The translations under genes and the position numbers were made by a program. Positions 1-8,774 of a stretch of DNA of 64,000 nucleotides are shown here, in pieces (the stretch's first letter is position 1; each line of letters opens with the position of its first letter). The notes under the pieces are model-generated. The model was not told the DNA's origin. It saw only the letters and a program-made list of their open reading frames with translations, and searched no databases. Source of the DNA: Candidatus Aminicenantes bacterium (GTDB lineage Bacteria; Acidobacteriota; Aminicenantia; S016-38). The DNA lies in the NCBI GenBank assembly GCA_027068075.1, contig JAMOUJ010000006.1:462359-526358 (forward strand), written 5' to 3'.

Positions 1-2
1 GG

Positions 3-404
3 TCCCGGGAATATCTCTCTGGAATTCTCCAGAACATAACAGGGGTATTCTTTGAAAAGGCCAGAAAGGTGGAACTCAATACGGAATTTGAGGACCTTGA
101 AATCCCTCTCAAAAAAGCGGTGCCCCTGGGGTTGATAGTGAACGAAGCGGTGAGCAATTCTCTGAAACACGCCTTCCCCTCGGGAAAGGGAAAGATTACG
201 GTGCGATTCGGTAGGAAGGGAAAGAATTTGAGCCTTACGGTGGAGGACGATGGGGTAGGTCTTCCCGAAAAACTCAGGAAAAATCCAGGTCGGAACCTTG
301 GATTGAGGCTCATGAAAATTCTGAGCCAGCAACTGGGGGGAGACCTGAAGATTGAGGTGGATGGCGGCACCCGAATTACCGTGGAGTTTAAGGAGGAGAA
401 ATGA
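3..404 (+). CDS. Sensor histidine kinase, C-terminal ATPase domain (5' end lies outside the window)
   Basis: The frame is open from the window edge. HATPase_c-type motifs are present: LIVNEAVSNSLKHAF, EDDGVGLP and GLGLRLM. The stop overlaps the next start (ATGA at 401-404). Confidence 0.85.
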   Translation, partial: SREYLSGILQNITGVFFEKARKVELNTEFEDLEIPLKKAVPLGLIVNEAVSNSLKHAFPSGKGKITVRFGRKGKNLSLTVEDDGVGLPEKLRKNPGRNLGLRLMKILSQQLGGDLKIEVDGGTRITVEFKEEK

Positions 405-2647
405 AAAAGAAAATCCTCATAGTGGAGGACGAGGCCATCACCGCCGAGGACATAAAACTTCTCCTGGAGGCGGAGGGATACGAGGTGGTGGGGATTTCGT
501 CCACCGTGGAGGGTACCCTGGAGGCCGCCCGAAAGAAAAAACCCGACCTTGCCATCGTGGACATAGTCCTGGAGGAGGGAGACGGGATTGAAGTGGCGGA
601 GAAACTCATGGGGGACATGGGGGTCCCCGTTATCTTCATAACCGCCTATTCTGACAAATCCACCCTGGAAAGGGTGCTCAAGGTTCAGCCCTATTCTTAC
701 ATATTGAAACCCTTTGACGGAAGGGAACTCCTGGGGATCGTGAAAATTTCCCTGGACCGGGCGGAAACGGAAAAAAGGCTCCGGAGTTTGAGGAACCTTC
801 TTGAATTCCTCAACCAGGCCAGGGAGGCCATCATACGAGCAAAGGACAGGAAGGAGATCTCAAAAAAACTTTGCAGGGAAATAGCCCCTAAATTCTCTCC
901 CAGATGCGCCCTTCTTCTTTTTGAAGGCCAGGAACTTTTCCACTGGGAACTCAACCTCGGGGGAGAGGAGAAGAAGTTTTTGAAACTTCTCCGCAACGGG
1001 GCCCTTCCTGAGTGCCTGATGGAGAGCAGGGAAGAAGCCGTGTATTTGAGGGACGAGCGCAAAGAATGTGAGAATTGTCCTTTGAAGTCCCTCTGCAAGG
1101 ACCGGGGCATGATTTTGATGAGGTTTATTTCCCGGGGGGTTTTTTACGGGGCCCTTTACCTTTCGCCACCGGAAAACTTCAGAGAGGAGGACCTTTCCTA
1201 CATCAAGGGATTTTCCAGGGACCTGGCCCTGGCCTTTGAGGCGAGACGCACGGAAAAGGAAGCCGGAGAAACCCTGGTTCAACTTCAATCCTCCCTCTCC
1301 TTCCTCCAGGCGGTCCTCAACTCCATGAGGGAAATGGTGTTTGCCTTTGACGAAGAGATGAAGTTCACCTTCGTGCATGCCCCTGACGAAGAAGCCCTCC
1401 TTCTTAAAAAAGAGAGTTTTATAGGGAAAAGGCCCGACGAGATTTTATCGGAAGAACTGGTGGAAAGTTTCAGGAGGGCCTTTGAGGAAAACAGAAAGGG
1501 AAAGGTGGTGAATTACGAATACACCATTGAAATAAAGGGAGAAAAACGCTGGTATGCCGTATCCCAGAGTCCTTTACTTCTGGGCAATCGTTTTTCCGGG
1601 GCCGTGGCCATAGTCCGGGAAATAACCCAAAGGAAAAAACTGGAACTTCAACTTATGGAGAGGGAGAAAATCTACCGGGGACTTTTTGAAAATGTTCCGG
1701 TGGGACTTTATAGGTCCACCCCCCAGGGAAAAATCTTGGAGGCCAATCCCGCCTTCCTCCGAATCCTGGGCTTTCAATCCCTGGAGGAACTGAACCAGAG
1801 GGTGGCCACCAATCTTTTCGCCGAACCGGGGGAAAGGGAGAGATGGCAGCGGGAACTGGAGGCCCAGGGGGTTCTGGAGGCCGAATACAGACTTAGAAGG
1901 AAGGATGGAAACATAATCTGGGTCAGGGATTGGGCCAGGGTCACCGAGAGGGAGGGGGAAAAATTTTACGAAGGGGCCATTCAGGACATCACGGTCATAA
2001 AAAGGAGTCAGGAAGCACTCCAGAGATATATTATGGAACTCAGAAAACTGTTTAACGAGACCGTGGCGGCCCTGGGGGCCATGGTGGAGATGAGGGACCC
2101 GTACACCGCCGGCCACCAACTCAGGGTGGCCGAACTGGCGGTGGCCATAGCCCGGGAGATGGGTCTGCCCCAGGAAAGGGTGGACCTGGTAAGGGTGGCG
2201 GCCCTCCTCCACGACATAGGAAAACTGGCCATCCCGGCGGAAATTCTGGTGAAGCCCGGCAGACTCCTGCCCGAGGAAATGGAACTGGTGAAACTCCACT
2301 CCACCATCTCTTACCAGATATTGAACAAGATAGAATTTCCGTGGCCCGTGGCGGAGGTGGTCTATCAGCACCACGAAAGGCTGGATGGCAGCGGTTATCC
2401 CCGGGGACTCAAGGGGCCGGGGATAATGAGGGAGGCCAAGATTCTGGCGGTGGCGGATGTGGTGGAGGCCATGAGTTCCCACAGGCCCTACAGACCCTCC
2501 TACGGAGTGGCCCGGGCCCTGGAGGAGATAAACAGCGGGAGGGGAAAATACTACGATTCCCAGGTGGTAGAGGCTGCCCTGGCGGTCTTCAAGAGGGGAT
2601 TTCGTTTTAGAAAAAGTTTCTTTGCTCCTGGCAGACCTTCTTCGTAA
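401..2647 (+). CDS. Response regulator with REC, GAF-like, 2x PAS and HD-GYP domains (putative c-di-GMP phosphodiesterase)
   Basis: REC motifs (KILIVEDE, DLAIVDIVL, ILKPF), two PAS-like segments, and the HD-GYP signature LLHDIGKLAIP ... HHERLDGSGYPRGL. Confidence 0.85.
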   Translation: MKKKILIVEDEAITAEDIKLLLEAEGYEVVGISSTVEGTLEAARKKKPDLAIVDIVLEEGDGIEVAEKLMGDMGVPVIFITAYSDKSTLERVLKVQPYSYILKPFDGRELLGIVKISLDRAETEKRLRSLRNLLEFLNQAREAIIRAKDRKEISKKLCREIAPKFSPRCALLLFEGQELFHWELNLGGEEKKFLKLLRNGALPECLMESREEAVYLRDERKECENCPLKSLCKDRGMILMRFISRGVFYGALYLSPPENFREEDLSYIKGFSRDLALAFEARRTEKEAGETLVQLQSSLSFLQAVLNSMREMVFAFDEEMKFTFVHAPDEEALLLKKESFIGKRPDEILSEELVESFRRAFEENRKGKVVNYEYTIEIKGEKRWYAVSQSPLLLGNRFSGAVAIVREITQRKKLELQLMEREKIYRGLFENVPVGLYRSTPQGKILEANPAFLRILGFQSLEELNQRVATNLFAEPGERERWQRELEAQGVLEAEYRLRRKDGNIIWVRDWARVTEREGEKFYEGAIQDITVIKRSQEALQRYIMELRKLFNETVAALGAMVEMRDPYTAGHQLRVAELAVAIAREMGLPQERVDLVRVAALLHDIGKLAIPAEILVKPGRLLPEEMELVKLHSTISYQILNKIEFPWPVAEVVYQHHERLDGSGYPRGLKGPGIMREAKILAVADVVEAMSSHRPYRPSYGVARALEEINSGRGKYYDSQVVEAALAVFKRGFRFRKSFFAPGRPSS

Positions 2648-2673
2648 AATATAAGTTCAACAAGGAGGTTAAG

Positions 2674-4785
2674 ATGAAAGGTATTGCTCTTTTAGCCATG
2701 ATTTCGGTTCTCATCCTGGGCCTTACCTATTGCGGTAAAAAGCCCGCCGAAAGACAAAATCCACTTCTGGTTTCGTCCTTTGACACTCCCTTTGGGGTTC
2801 CTCCCTTTGACAAAATCAAGTTGGAGGATTATCTGCCCGCCTTCCAGAAGGCCATGGAGGAACACCGGAAGGAAATTCAAAGGATAGCGGAAAATCCGGA
2901 GGAACCCACCTTTGAAAACACCGTGGAGGCCTTTGACAGGAGCGGTGCCCTCCTGCGTAGAGTTTCCGCCATATTTTTTGGAATATTGGAGGCCGACGGC
3001 AACGACCAGATGAGGGAAGTGGCTAAGAAGATTATGCCCATGCTTTCCAGGCACGAAGACGAAATATACATGAACGAAAAACTTTTCCAGAGGATAAAGG
3101 CGGTTTACGACAAAAGGGATTCCCTCAATCTCAACACAGAGCAGAAGACGGTGGTGGAAAAATACTATCAGGACTTCGTCCGGGGAGGGGCAGGATTGCC
3201 TCCGGAGAAAAAAGAGAAACTCAAAAAAATAAACGAAGAACTTTCCCTCCTCACCCTGAAATTCGGTGAGAATGTTCTTAAAGATAAAAACCGTTTTCTA
3301 TTGCTCCTGGATGAGAAGGATGTGGAAGGCCTCCCCGAGGGTGTGAAGAAGGCGGCAGCCCAACTGGCGAAGGAAAAAGGGCATCCCGGAAAATGGGCCA
3401 TTTCCCTGGATAAGCCCAGTTTCATCCCCTTCCTTCAGTATTCCCCCAGAAGGGACCTCCGTAAAAAGGTTTTCCTGGCCTACACTCACCTGGGGGACAA
3501 CGACAACGAATACGACAACAAGGAAATAGTGAGGAAAATCGTTAATCTGAGGATTGAAAAATCCCACATCTTGGGGTACGAAACCTATGCGGACTACTCC
3601 CTGGCGGAGAACATGGCCAAAAACCCCAAAAATGTTTACGATCTCCTGTGGAAGGTGTGGAAACCGGGCCTCAAAAAAGCCAAGGAAGAGAGGGCCGTTC
3701 TTCAGGGCATTATTGACAGGGAAGGGGGAAATTTCAAACTGAAGCCCTGGGATTGGTGGTATTACGCAGAGAAGGTGCGTAAGGAAAAATACGCCCTGGA
3801 CGAAGAGATGCTAAGGCCCTATTTCGTCTTGGACAATGTCCGCAAGGGGGCCTTTTATGTGGCGGAAAGGTTGTACGGGATAAAATTCGTGGAAAGACCC
3901 GATCTTCCCAAGTACAACCCCGAGGTCCTGGCCTTTGAGGTCCAGGACCGAAACGGTAAGACCATAGGGATTTACTATGCCGACTACTTCCCCAGGCCGG
4001 GAAAGCAGTCCGGAGCCTGGATGGACGCCTTCGTGAAGGAAGCCATAGTGAACGGAAAGAGGGTCGTTCCCGTGGTTTACAATGTGACCAACTTTCCCAG
4101 GCCCGTAGACGGGAAACCCTCCCTTCTCACCCTGGAACAGGTCCTCACCCTTTTCCACGAGTTCGGCCACGCCCTCCACGAACTCCTTTCCCGCTGCACC
4201 TATTACAGGGTTTCTGGAACCAATGTGGCCCTGGACTTCGTGGAACTTCCCTCCCAGTTTATGGAGAACTGGGCCGTGGAGCCGGAGGTCATGAAGTATT
4301 ACGCCCGCCACTACGAAACCGGCGAACCCATCCCCGACGAACTCATAGAGAAAATCAGGAAGTCCCGCCATTTCAACCAGGGTTTTGCCACCACGGAGTA
4401 CCTCGCCGCCGCCTTCCTGGATATGGACTGGCACACCCTTCCCCGACAGGGAGATTGGGATGTTAGAAAATTTGAGAAGGAGGCCATGGACAAAATAGGC
4501 CTCATACCGGAGATCGTGGTGAGATACCGTAGCACCTATTTCAGGCACATATTCTCCGGGGGCTACGCCGCCGGTTATTACAGTTACATATGGGCCGAGG
4601 TTCTGGATGCCGATGCCTTCCAGGCCTTCAAAGAAAAGGGGCTCTGGGACAAGGATACCGGCGACAGGTTCAAAAAGTACATACTGGAAAAGGGAGGAAG
4701 CGAGGATCCCATGGTTCTTTATGTTAAGTTCCGGGGAAAGCCTCCCAGCATAGAGCCGCTTCTGAAGAGGAGGGGTCTGGAGTAA
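2674..4785 (+). CDS. dcp: M3 family peptidyl-dipeptidase (Dcp-like), exported
   Basis: HEFGHALHE zinc motif, 703 aa, N-terminal signal sequence with Cys (LTYCGKK), and AGGAGG upstream of the ATG. Confidence 0.85.
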   Translation: MKGIALLAMISVLILGLTYCGKKPAERQNPLLVSSFDTPFGVPPFDKIKLEDYLPAFQKAMEEHRKEIQRIAENPEEPTFENTVEAFDRSGALLRRVSAIFFGILEADGNDQMREVAKKIMPMLSRHEDEIYMNEKLFQRIKAVYDKRDSLNLNTEQKTVVEKYYQDFVRGGAGLPPEKKEKLKKINEELSLLTLKFGENVLKDKNRFLLLLDEKDVEGLPEGVKKAAAQLAKEKGHPGKWAISLDKPSFIPFLQYSPRRDLRKKVFLAYTHLGDNDNEYDNKEIVRKIVNLRIEKSHILGYETYADYSLAENMAKNPKNVYDLLWKVWKPGLKKAKEERAVLQGIIDREGGNFKLKPWDWWYYAEKVRKEKYALDEEMLRPYFVLDNVRKGAFYVAERLYGIKFVERPDLPKYNPEVLAFEVQDRNGKTIGIYYADYFPRPGKQSGAWMDAFVKEAIVNGKRVVPVVYNVTNFPRPVDGKPSLLTLEQVLTLFHEFGHALHELLSRCTYYRVSGTNVALDFVELPSQFMENWAVEPEVMKYYARHYETGEPIPDELIEKIRKSRHFNQGFATTEYLAAAFLDMDWHTLPRQGDWDVRKFEKEAMDKIGLIPEIVVRYRSTYFRHIFSGGYAAGYYSYIWAEVLDADAFQAFKEKGLWDKDTGDRFKKYILEKGGSEDPMVLYVKFRGKPPSIEPLLKRRGLE

Positions 4786-5241
4786 TCAGCCCGTGGAGCC
4801 GAACCCCCCTTCACCCCGGGGGGTTCCCCAATCTATCTCCTCCTTTGCCGCCTTGAAAACTTCGGCCTGAATGTAGGGGAGGAGCACGAACTGGATTATT
4901 TTATCTCCGGCATTTATCTTGAAGGGGGAATCCCTTAAATTCATCAGGTGAATTTTCACTATCCCCCGGTAACTGGAGTCCACCACCTGGGCTCCCTTTA
5001 TGACCCCCTTCAGGGCCATGGAGGAGCGGTTAAATGCAATGAGCACCGTTCCCCGGGGAATTTCTACCCGAAGGCATGTGTTTATCAGGGCGTCCCCCCG
5101 GGGAGGAATTTCCAGATCGTAGGGGGCGTAGAAATCCAGCCCTGCGTCTCCGGGATGGGCATAGGATGGAAGTTTGATCTTCCGCGGATCAATTCCCAGC
5201 CTTCTGGCTTCGTCTTCGTCCACATACACCTTGATTTTCAT
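4786..5241 (-). CDS. dut: dUTP diphosphatase
   Basis: dUTPase motifs AGLDF, NRSS, VDSSYRG and GDKIIQ, plus the C-terminal RGEGGFGSTG. The gene is convergent with dcp with no spacer. Confidence 0.9.
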   Translation of the reverse strand: MKIKVYVDEDEARRLGIDPRKIKLPSYAHPGDAGLDFYAPYDLEIPPRGDALINTCLRVEIPRGTVLIAFNRSSMALKGVIKGAQVVDSSYRGIVKIHLMNLRDSPFKINAGDKIIQFVLLPYIQAEVFKAAKEEIDWGTPRGEGGFGSTG

Positions 5242-5260
5242 GGATAAATTTTAACACCTC

Positions 5261-5269
5261 TGATATAAT
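5261..5269 (+). promoter_or_regulatory. Extended -10 element TGATATAAT
   Basis: TGnTATAAT match lying 10 nt upstream of the TTG start of the 5279 gene. No SD is visible between them. Confidence 0.3.
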
Positions 5270-5278
5270 TCCCGGGAA

Positions 5279-6103
5279 TTGAACTTCAGGAAGCAGTTAA
5301 TAGTATTCGTCCTTTTTGACCTGGTGGTTATCTCTGCCCTGGGGTTATACCTTCTTCTTCCCGTTCCCCTTTACCAGGGGAAAGTCGGGGAACTTTCCGG
5401 TCTTTTTCCCCGGTGGGAGTCCGAGGAGTACACGGGTTCCCCCTTCTGGGAAGGGAAGGTTTTTCAGGGTTCTTTGGGGAAATTGGAGGTGGTATGGAGG
5501 GACGGGGAGGCCTGTGGGAAGGTGAAACCCCCTTCGCCCATGGAAGTTAAGAAAACCCCCTACGGAACTCTTTTCCTTTCCACCGCTCCCCACGGTTACA
5601 TCGCCGGCTTTTACTTCTGCGGGTCCGGTAAACTCTTCTGGGTGGACATGACCTCCTGGAGCCACCTTTCCCGAAACCTTTCTGCCTTTGCCAGGGTGGT
5701 GGAAAGCCTAAAACTTAACGGAAAGCCCGTGTTTCCAGCGGAGGTAAAGTTCAAAACCGGCTGGCCCCACATAAAGGATAGCCTAACCCTTTTTCTTCTG
5801 GCCACCCTGGGAATTCTCCTTCTTTCCGGTCTATATCTGGCCCTGTTTCCGTTTTTCGGAGCCTGTCCCCGCCGGACGGAGAGTTGCTTTCCCTCCTCTC
5901 TGATAAAGTTCAGGGGGAAATTTCTGGCAAAATCCCGTCCCTGCTGCGTTTGCGTGGAAGACGGCAAAATAAAGATTTACACCAGGGGGTATGAACCTCT
6001 GATTTTCTCCCTGGAAGAAGCCGAAATCCAGGGGACCACCCTTCGCCTTCCCCAGGTCACCCTTTACCTGAATTCCCCCCTTCGCCTGCGGGATAATTCC
6101 TGA
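5279..6103 (+). CDS. Hypothetical two-TM membrane protein with a conserved Cys cluster (paralog of 62410-63303)
   Basis: N-terminal TM and a second TM (LTLFLLATLGILLLSGLYLALFPFF). Motifs shared with the 62410 protein: FWVD, LK(L/I)NG, G-x-CP and CCVC...(K/N)KI(K/E)(I/V)Y. Confidence 0.6.
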   Translation: MNFRKQLIVFVLFDLVVISALGLYLLLPVPLYQGKVGELSGLFPRWESEEYTGSPFWEGKVFQGSLGKLEVVWRDGEACGKVKPPSPMEVKKTPYGTLFLSTAPHGYIAGFYFCGSGKLFWVDMTSWSHLSRNLSAFARVVESLKLNGKPVFPAEVKFKTGWPHIKDSLTLFLLATLGILLLSGLYLALFPFFGACPRRTESCFPSSLIKFRGKFLAKSRPCCVCVEDGKIKIYTRGYEPLIFSLEEAEIQGTTLRLPQVTLYLNSPLRLRDNS

Positions 6104-6119
6104 ATCTTTCAGGTTTTCA

Positions 6120-7700
6120 TTATTTTTCCACGGGGAAGGTCATTTTACCCTTCCAGGTTATCCGGGGATGAACCCGGTTGATGTAATCCACCAGAAGAAG
6201 GGCTATTTTTACCGTTTGGAGGGTGCTTTCCAGGGGCCAGTTGGGGTCGTATTCGTCCGCAGGGGTGTGGTAATTTCCCCGGAAAAACTCCATCAAGCGG
6301 TTTCTACCGGATGCGTATCTTTCTCCGGCGGAGATCCAGACGGCGGGAATTCCACGCCGGGCAAAACTGAATTGATCTGAGCGGTAAAAGAAACCCTGCT
6401 CGGACATGGAAAAATAGGAATAATTCAGACCTTCCTTTTTTAGAATTTTCTTCAAAATGTCCTCCAGGGTAGAGTATCGGGCCCCCACGGCCATGAAATC
6501 GGAAGTTCTCTCCCACACCGGAGTGGACTCAAAATTTATGTTGACCACCACCGAAGAGGGATCTAAGGACCTGGCGAAGTATCTGGAACCCAGGAGACCT
6601 GCTTCCTCCGCCTGACAGGCGAGGAGAACCACCGAATAATCAAGATGAGCCTGATATTCCTTTAATACCCGGGCGGCTGCCATCATGGAAGCCACCGCCG
6701 AGGCGTTGTCTATGGCTCCGTTGAATATATTGTCTCCCTTTAAAGAGGGGTCCTTGCCCAGGTGATCTATGTGGGCGCTTAGAACGATGAATTTTTTCCT
6801 CAACTTCGGAGAGCGCCCCGGAATGAAACCCACCACGTTGTTGGCCTTCAGCGTTCTGAAGGAATTTTTGCCTTTGATTTTTATTTTGAGCCCCAGGGGA
6901 ATGGGTCTAAAATTTCTGGATTCCGACCTTGCGTAGAGCCTTTCCAGGCTAATTCCCTTCCTGTTTAAAATGGCCTTCAGGGCTTTTTCCTTTATCCAGC
7001 CCCGGAACTCCAGGGGATTCTTCAGGTCCTCCGGTAGGTACAACTGTTCGCCGCTCCACGAATTTCTCACCACTTCCCATCCGTATCCTGCGGTTTCGTC
7101 GGTATGGATGAGAAGAACGCCCCGGGCTCCTGCCCTGGCCGCTTCCTCCAGTTTGTAGGTCCATCGCCCATAGTAGGTGAGGGCTCGGCCGTTGAAAAGA
7201 GCGGGATTTTTTCTACCCGGTTCGTTCACCCTGATGATGAGAATTTTTCCCTTCAGGTCTTCCCCCTTGTAATCGTCCCAGTTCCAGGCCTTTGACCTTA
7301 TGCCGTATCCTGCGAAGACCGCATCCCCTTCTAAGAAAAAATCCCTCCGTTCCCTCACATAATTGCCCATCACTGCCTTTCTGTATGCGAATTTAAGGCC
7401 GCCGGCTTCAACCTGGAGTTCCTCCGTGGTAAAGGCCTTGAGAACCATGGGCTGAAAGTAGGTTTTAAAAAAGGGCTCTATGTCCATGACCTGGTATAGA
7501 CTTCGTATGTATTTTTCCGCCAGGGCACCACCCCTGGTTCCCGGAGCCCTGCCCTCCAGAAGGTCGTCGCTCAGGAACTGTAGCACTCCCCGTATCTCCC
7601 TTTTGGAGAGGTGACTCAGGTAAGGATCAATGTTTGAACCTCCCTGAAGAACCTGAGAAAAAAACAAAATCATTGAAAAGACAATCGCCTTCCATTTCAT
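6120..7700 (-). CDS. M28 family aminopeptidase with PA domain, secreted
   Basis: SAHIDHLG and ACQAEEAGLLGSRYF metal-ligand regions, and signal peptide MKWKAIVFSMILFF. GGAGG precedes the ATG at 7700 (the track ORF extends to 7727). Confidence 0.8.
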   Translation of the reverse strand: MKWKAIVFSMILFFSQVLQGGSNIDPYLSHLSKREIRGVLQFLSDDLLEGRAPGTRGGALAEKYIRSLYQVMDIEPFFKTYFQPMVLKAFTTEELQVEAGGLKFAYRKAVMGNYVRERRDFFLEGDAVFAGYGIRSKAWNWDDYKGEDLKGKILIIRVNEPGRKNPALFNGRALTYYGRWTYKLEEAARAGARGVLLIHTDETAGYGWEVVRNSWSGEQLYLPEDLKNPLEFRGWIKEKALKAILNRKGISLERLYARSESRNFRPIPLGLKIKIKGKNSFRTLKANNVVGFIPGRSPKLRKKFIVLSAHIDHLGKDPSLKGDNIFNGAIDNASAVASMMAAARVLKEYQAHLDYSVVLLACQAEEAGLLGSRYFARSLDPSSVVVNINFESTPVWERTSDFMAVGARYSTLEDILKKILKKEGLNYSYFSMSEQGFFYRSDQFSFARRGIPAVWISAGERYASGRNRLMEFFRGNYHTPADEYDPNWPLESTLQTVKIALLLVDYINRVHPRITWKGKMTFPVEK

Positions 7701-7785
7701 GACAACCTCCTGCTCTAATCTTAACAAAATTTTTCACAAGAGGGAGATTTTAGTTTCGAGGCAACTTCAATAGAGTTGCAGAGTA

Positions 7786-7803
7786 GGGGGGCAATTGCCC
7801 CCC
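7786..7803 (-). terminator. Perfect 18-nt palindrome GGGGGGCAATTGCCCCCC, about 5 nt past the DUF2202 stop
   Basis: A 7-bp GC stem with a 4-nt loop, read directly. The U-tract is weak, so this is an intrinsic-terminator candidate only. Confidence 0.45.
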
Positions 7804-7808
7804 TGGTT

Positions 7809-8489
7809 TTACCAATTCCTTCCTCTGCCCCATCTCCCCCGTCTTCCGTTGCTTCCGTTGCTGGAATTCAGGATTTCTTCCAGTTCTTCTTGAGAAATGT
7901 ATTGGGCTTTGTAAGTGATTCCGTATCTGCTGAGGAGTCGGGTAAAGGCCCTTATGTGATTTTCGGAACCTTTTTTAAGATTTGATAAGGCGAAGGTGAT
8001 GTCCATATTGTCTACTTTGAGTAGCCATTTCTCAAGGTCGTAGATGTCAAGGTCTTCTATGGTGGCTCCTACGATTAGTGCGTCCTGGGGAGACCGGAGA
8101 CCCTTGGCCACGAGTTCTTCGTAAAGTTGCTGCATTTTAGGATTGGAGAACCTACCTACGGCGTCGTTCTCAACCGGATCCTTTATTCCGTACTTGGTCA
8201 GTAAAGCCTTCACCACATCCATGTGTCTCTGCTCACTTTTTGCGATGTTGGAGAAGACCCTGAGTCCCCATGTCTTTCCCAGGGTTTTGTATACATCCCT
8301 GGCCAGTTTTTCTTCTTCCCTCATGTGGAGGAGGGCCGTCCGTTCGTCCTGACTTATTTCCTGTTTGGGAAAGGAGTTTATGTAAGGGAGAATTCCCGGT
8401 CCGAACCCTCCTTTCCCCTGTCCGTACCGCCCGTAGGCGAATCCGATTACCAGAATGGAAAGGACCACGGTTAGAGTTCTTTTTGCCAT
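7809..8489 (-). CDS. DUF2202 ferritin-like protein, secreted
   Basis: Signal peptide, paired helices with E..E/EQRH motifs (HMREEEKLARDVY, AKSEQRHMDVV) typical of DUF2202/ferritin-like folds, and AAGGAGG before the ATG. Confidence 0.7.
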   Translation of the reverse strand: MAKRTLTVVLSILVIGFAYGRYGQGKGGFGPGILPYINSFPKQEISQDERTALLHMREEEKLARDVYKTLGKTWGLRVFSNIAKSEQRHMDVVKALLTKYGIKDPVENDAVGRFSNPKMQQLYEELVAKGLRSPQDALIVGATIEDLDIYDLEKWLLKVDNMDITFALSNLKKGSENHIRAFTRLLSRYGITYKAQYISQEELEEILNSSNGSNGRRGRWGRGRNW

Positions 8490-8524
8490 TTTTACCTCCT
8501 TGAAAGGTTTTGGACCTTAATAAA

Positions 8525-8539
8525 GCAAGAACCCTGCCA
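8525..8539 (-). promoter_or_regulatory. Sigma-54 (-24/-12) promoter for the DUF2202 gene
   Basis: The minus strand reads TTGGCAGGGTTCTTGCT (TGGCAG-N5-TTGC). The GC element lies about 36 nt upstream of the ATG at 8489. The spacer GGTTC is the same as in the divergent promoter. Confidence 0.65.
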
Positions 8540-8652
8540 ATGGGAATGAGACCATCGGATGAGGGGGTTGGGAACCTTTGTTTTCCGCTTCCGTTGGGGC
8601 AAAGAATGGTCATGGTTCTTATTTTTTGTTAGTATAGTTTCGTGGAGGAGGG

Positions 8653-8688
8653 TTCGCAAAAAAATGCGAATTTGTAAATATCTGCGAA
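8653..8688. promoter_or_regulatory. Candidate enhancer (UAS): TTCGCA-AAAAAA-TGCGAA palindrome plus a third TGCGAA half-site
   Basis: Palindrome at 8653-8670 and an extra TGCGAA at 8683-8688. It lies between the two divergent sigma-54 promoters, about 57 and 114 nt from their -24 boxes. Confidence 0.45.
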
Positions 8689-8726
8689 TTTTAACGGCGA
8701 AGCCCCTTTATTGGAGCGGAGTGTCC

Positions 8727-8742
8727 TGGCACGGTTCTTGCA
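8727..8742 (+). promoter_or_regulatory. Sigma-54 (-24/-12) promoter for the His-rich protein operon
   Basis: CCTGGCACGGTTCTTGCAT, a perfect TGGCAC-N5-TTGCA, lying 33 nt upstream of the ATG at 8775. Confidence 0.8.
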
Positions 8743-8774
8743 TTTTATAGGTGACTTCAAAGAGGAGGCTGAAA

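Noticed and set aside
8559-8750. 63-aa ORF in the divergent sigma-54 control region
   Set aside because: It spans the enhancer palindrome and the -24/-12 promoter and has no RBS. Its hydrophobic/Arg-rich translation looks random.
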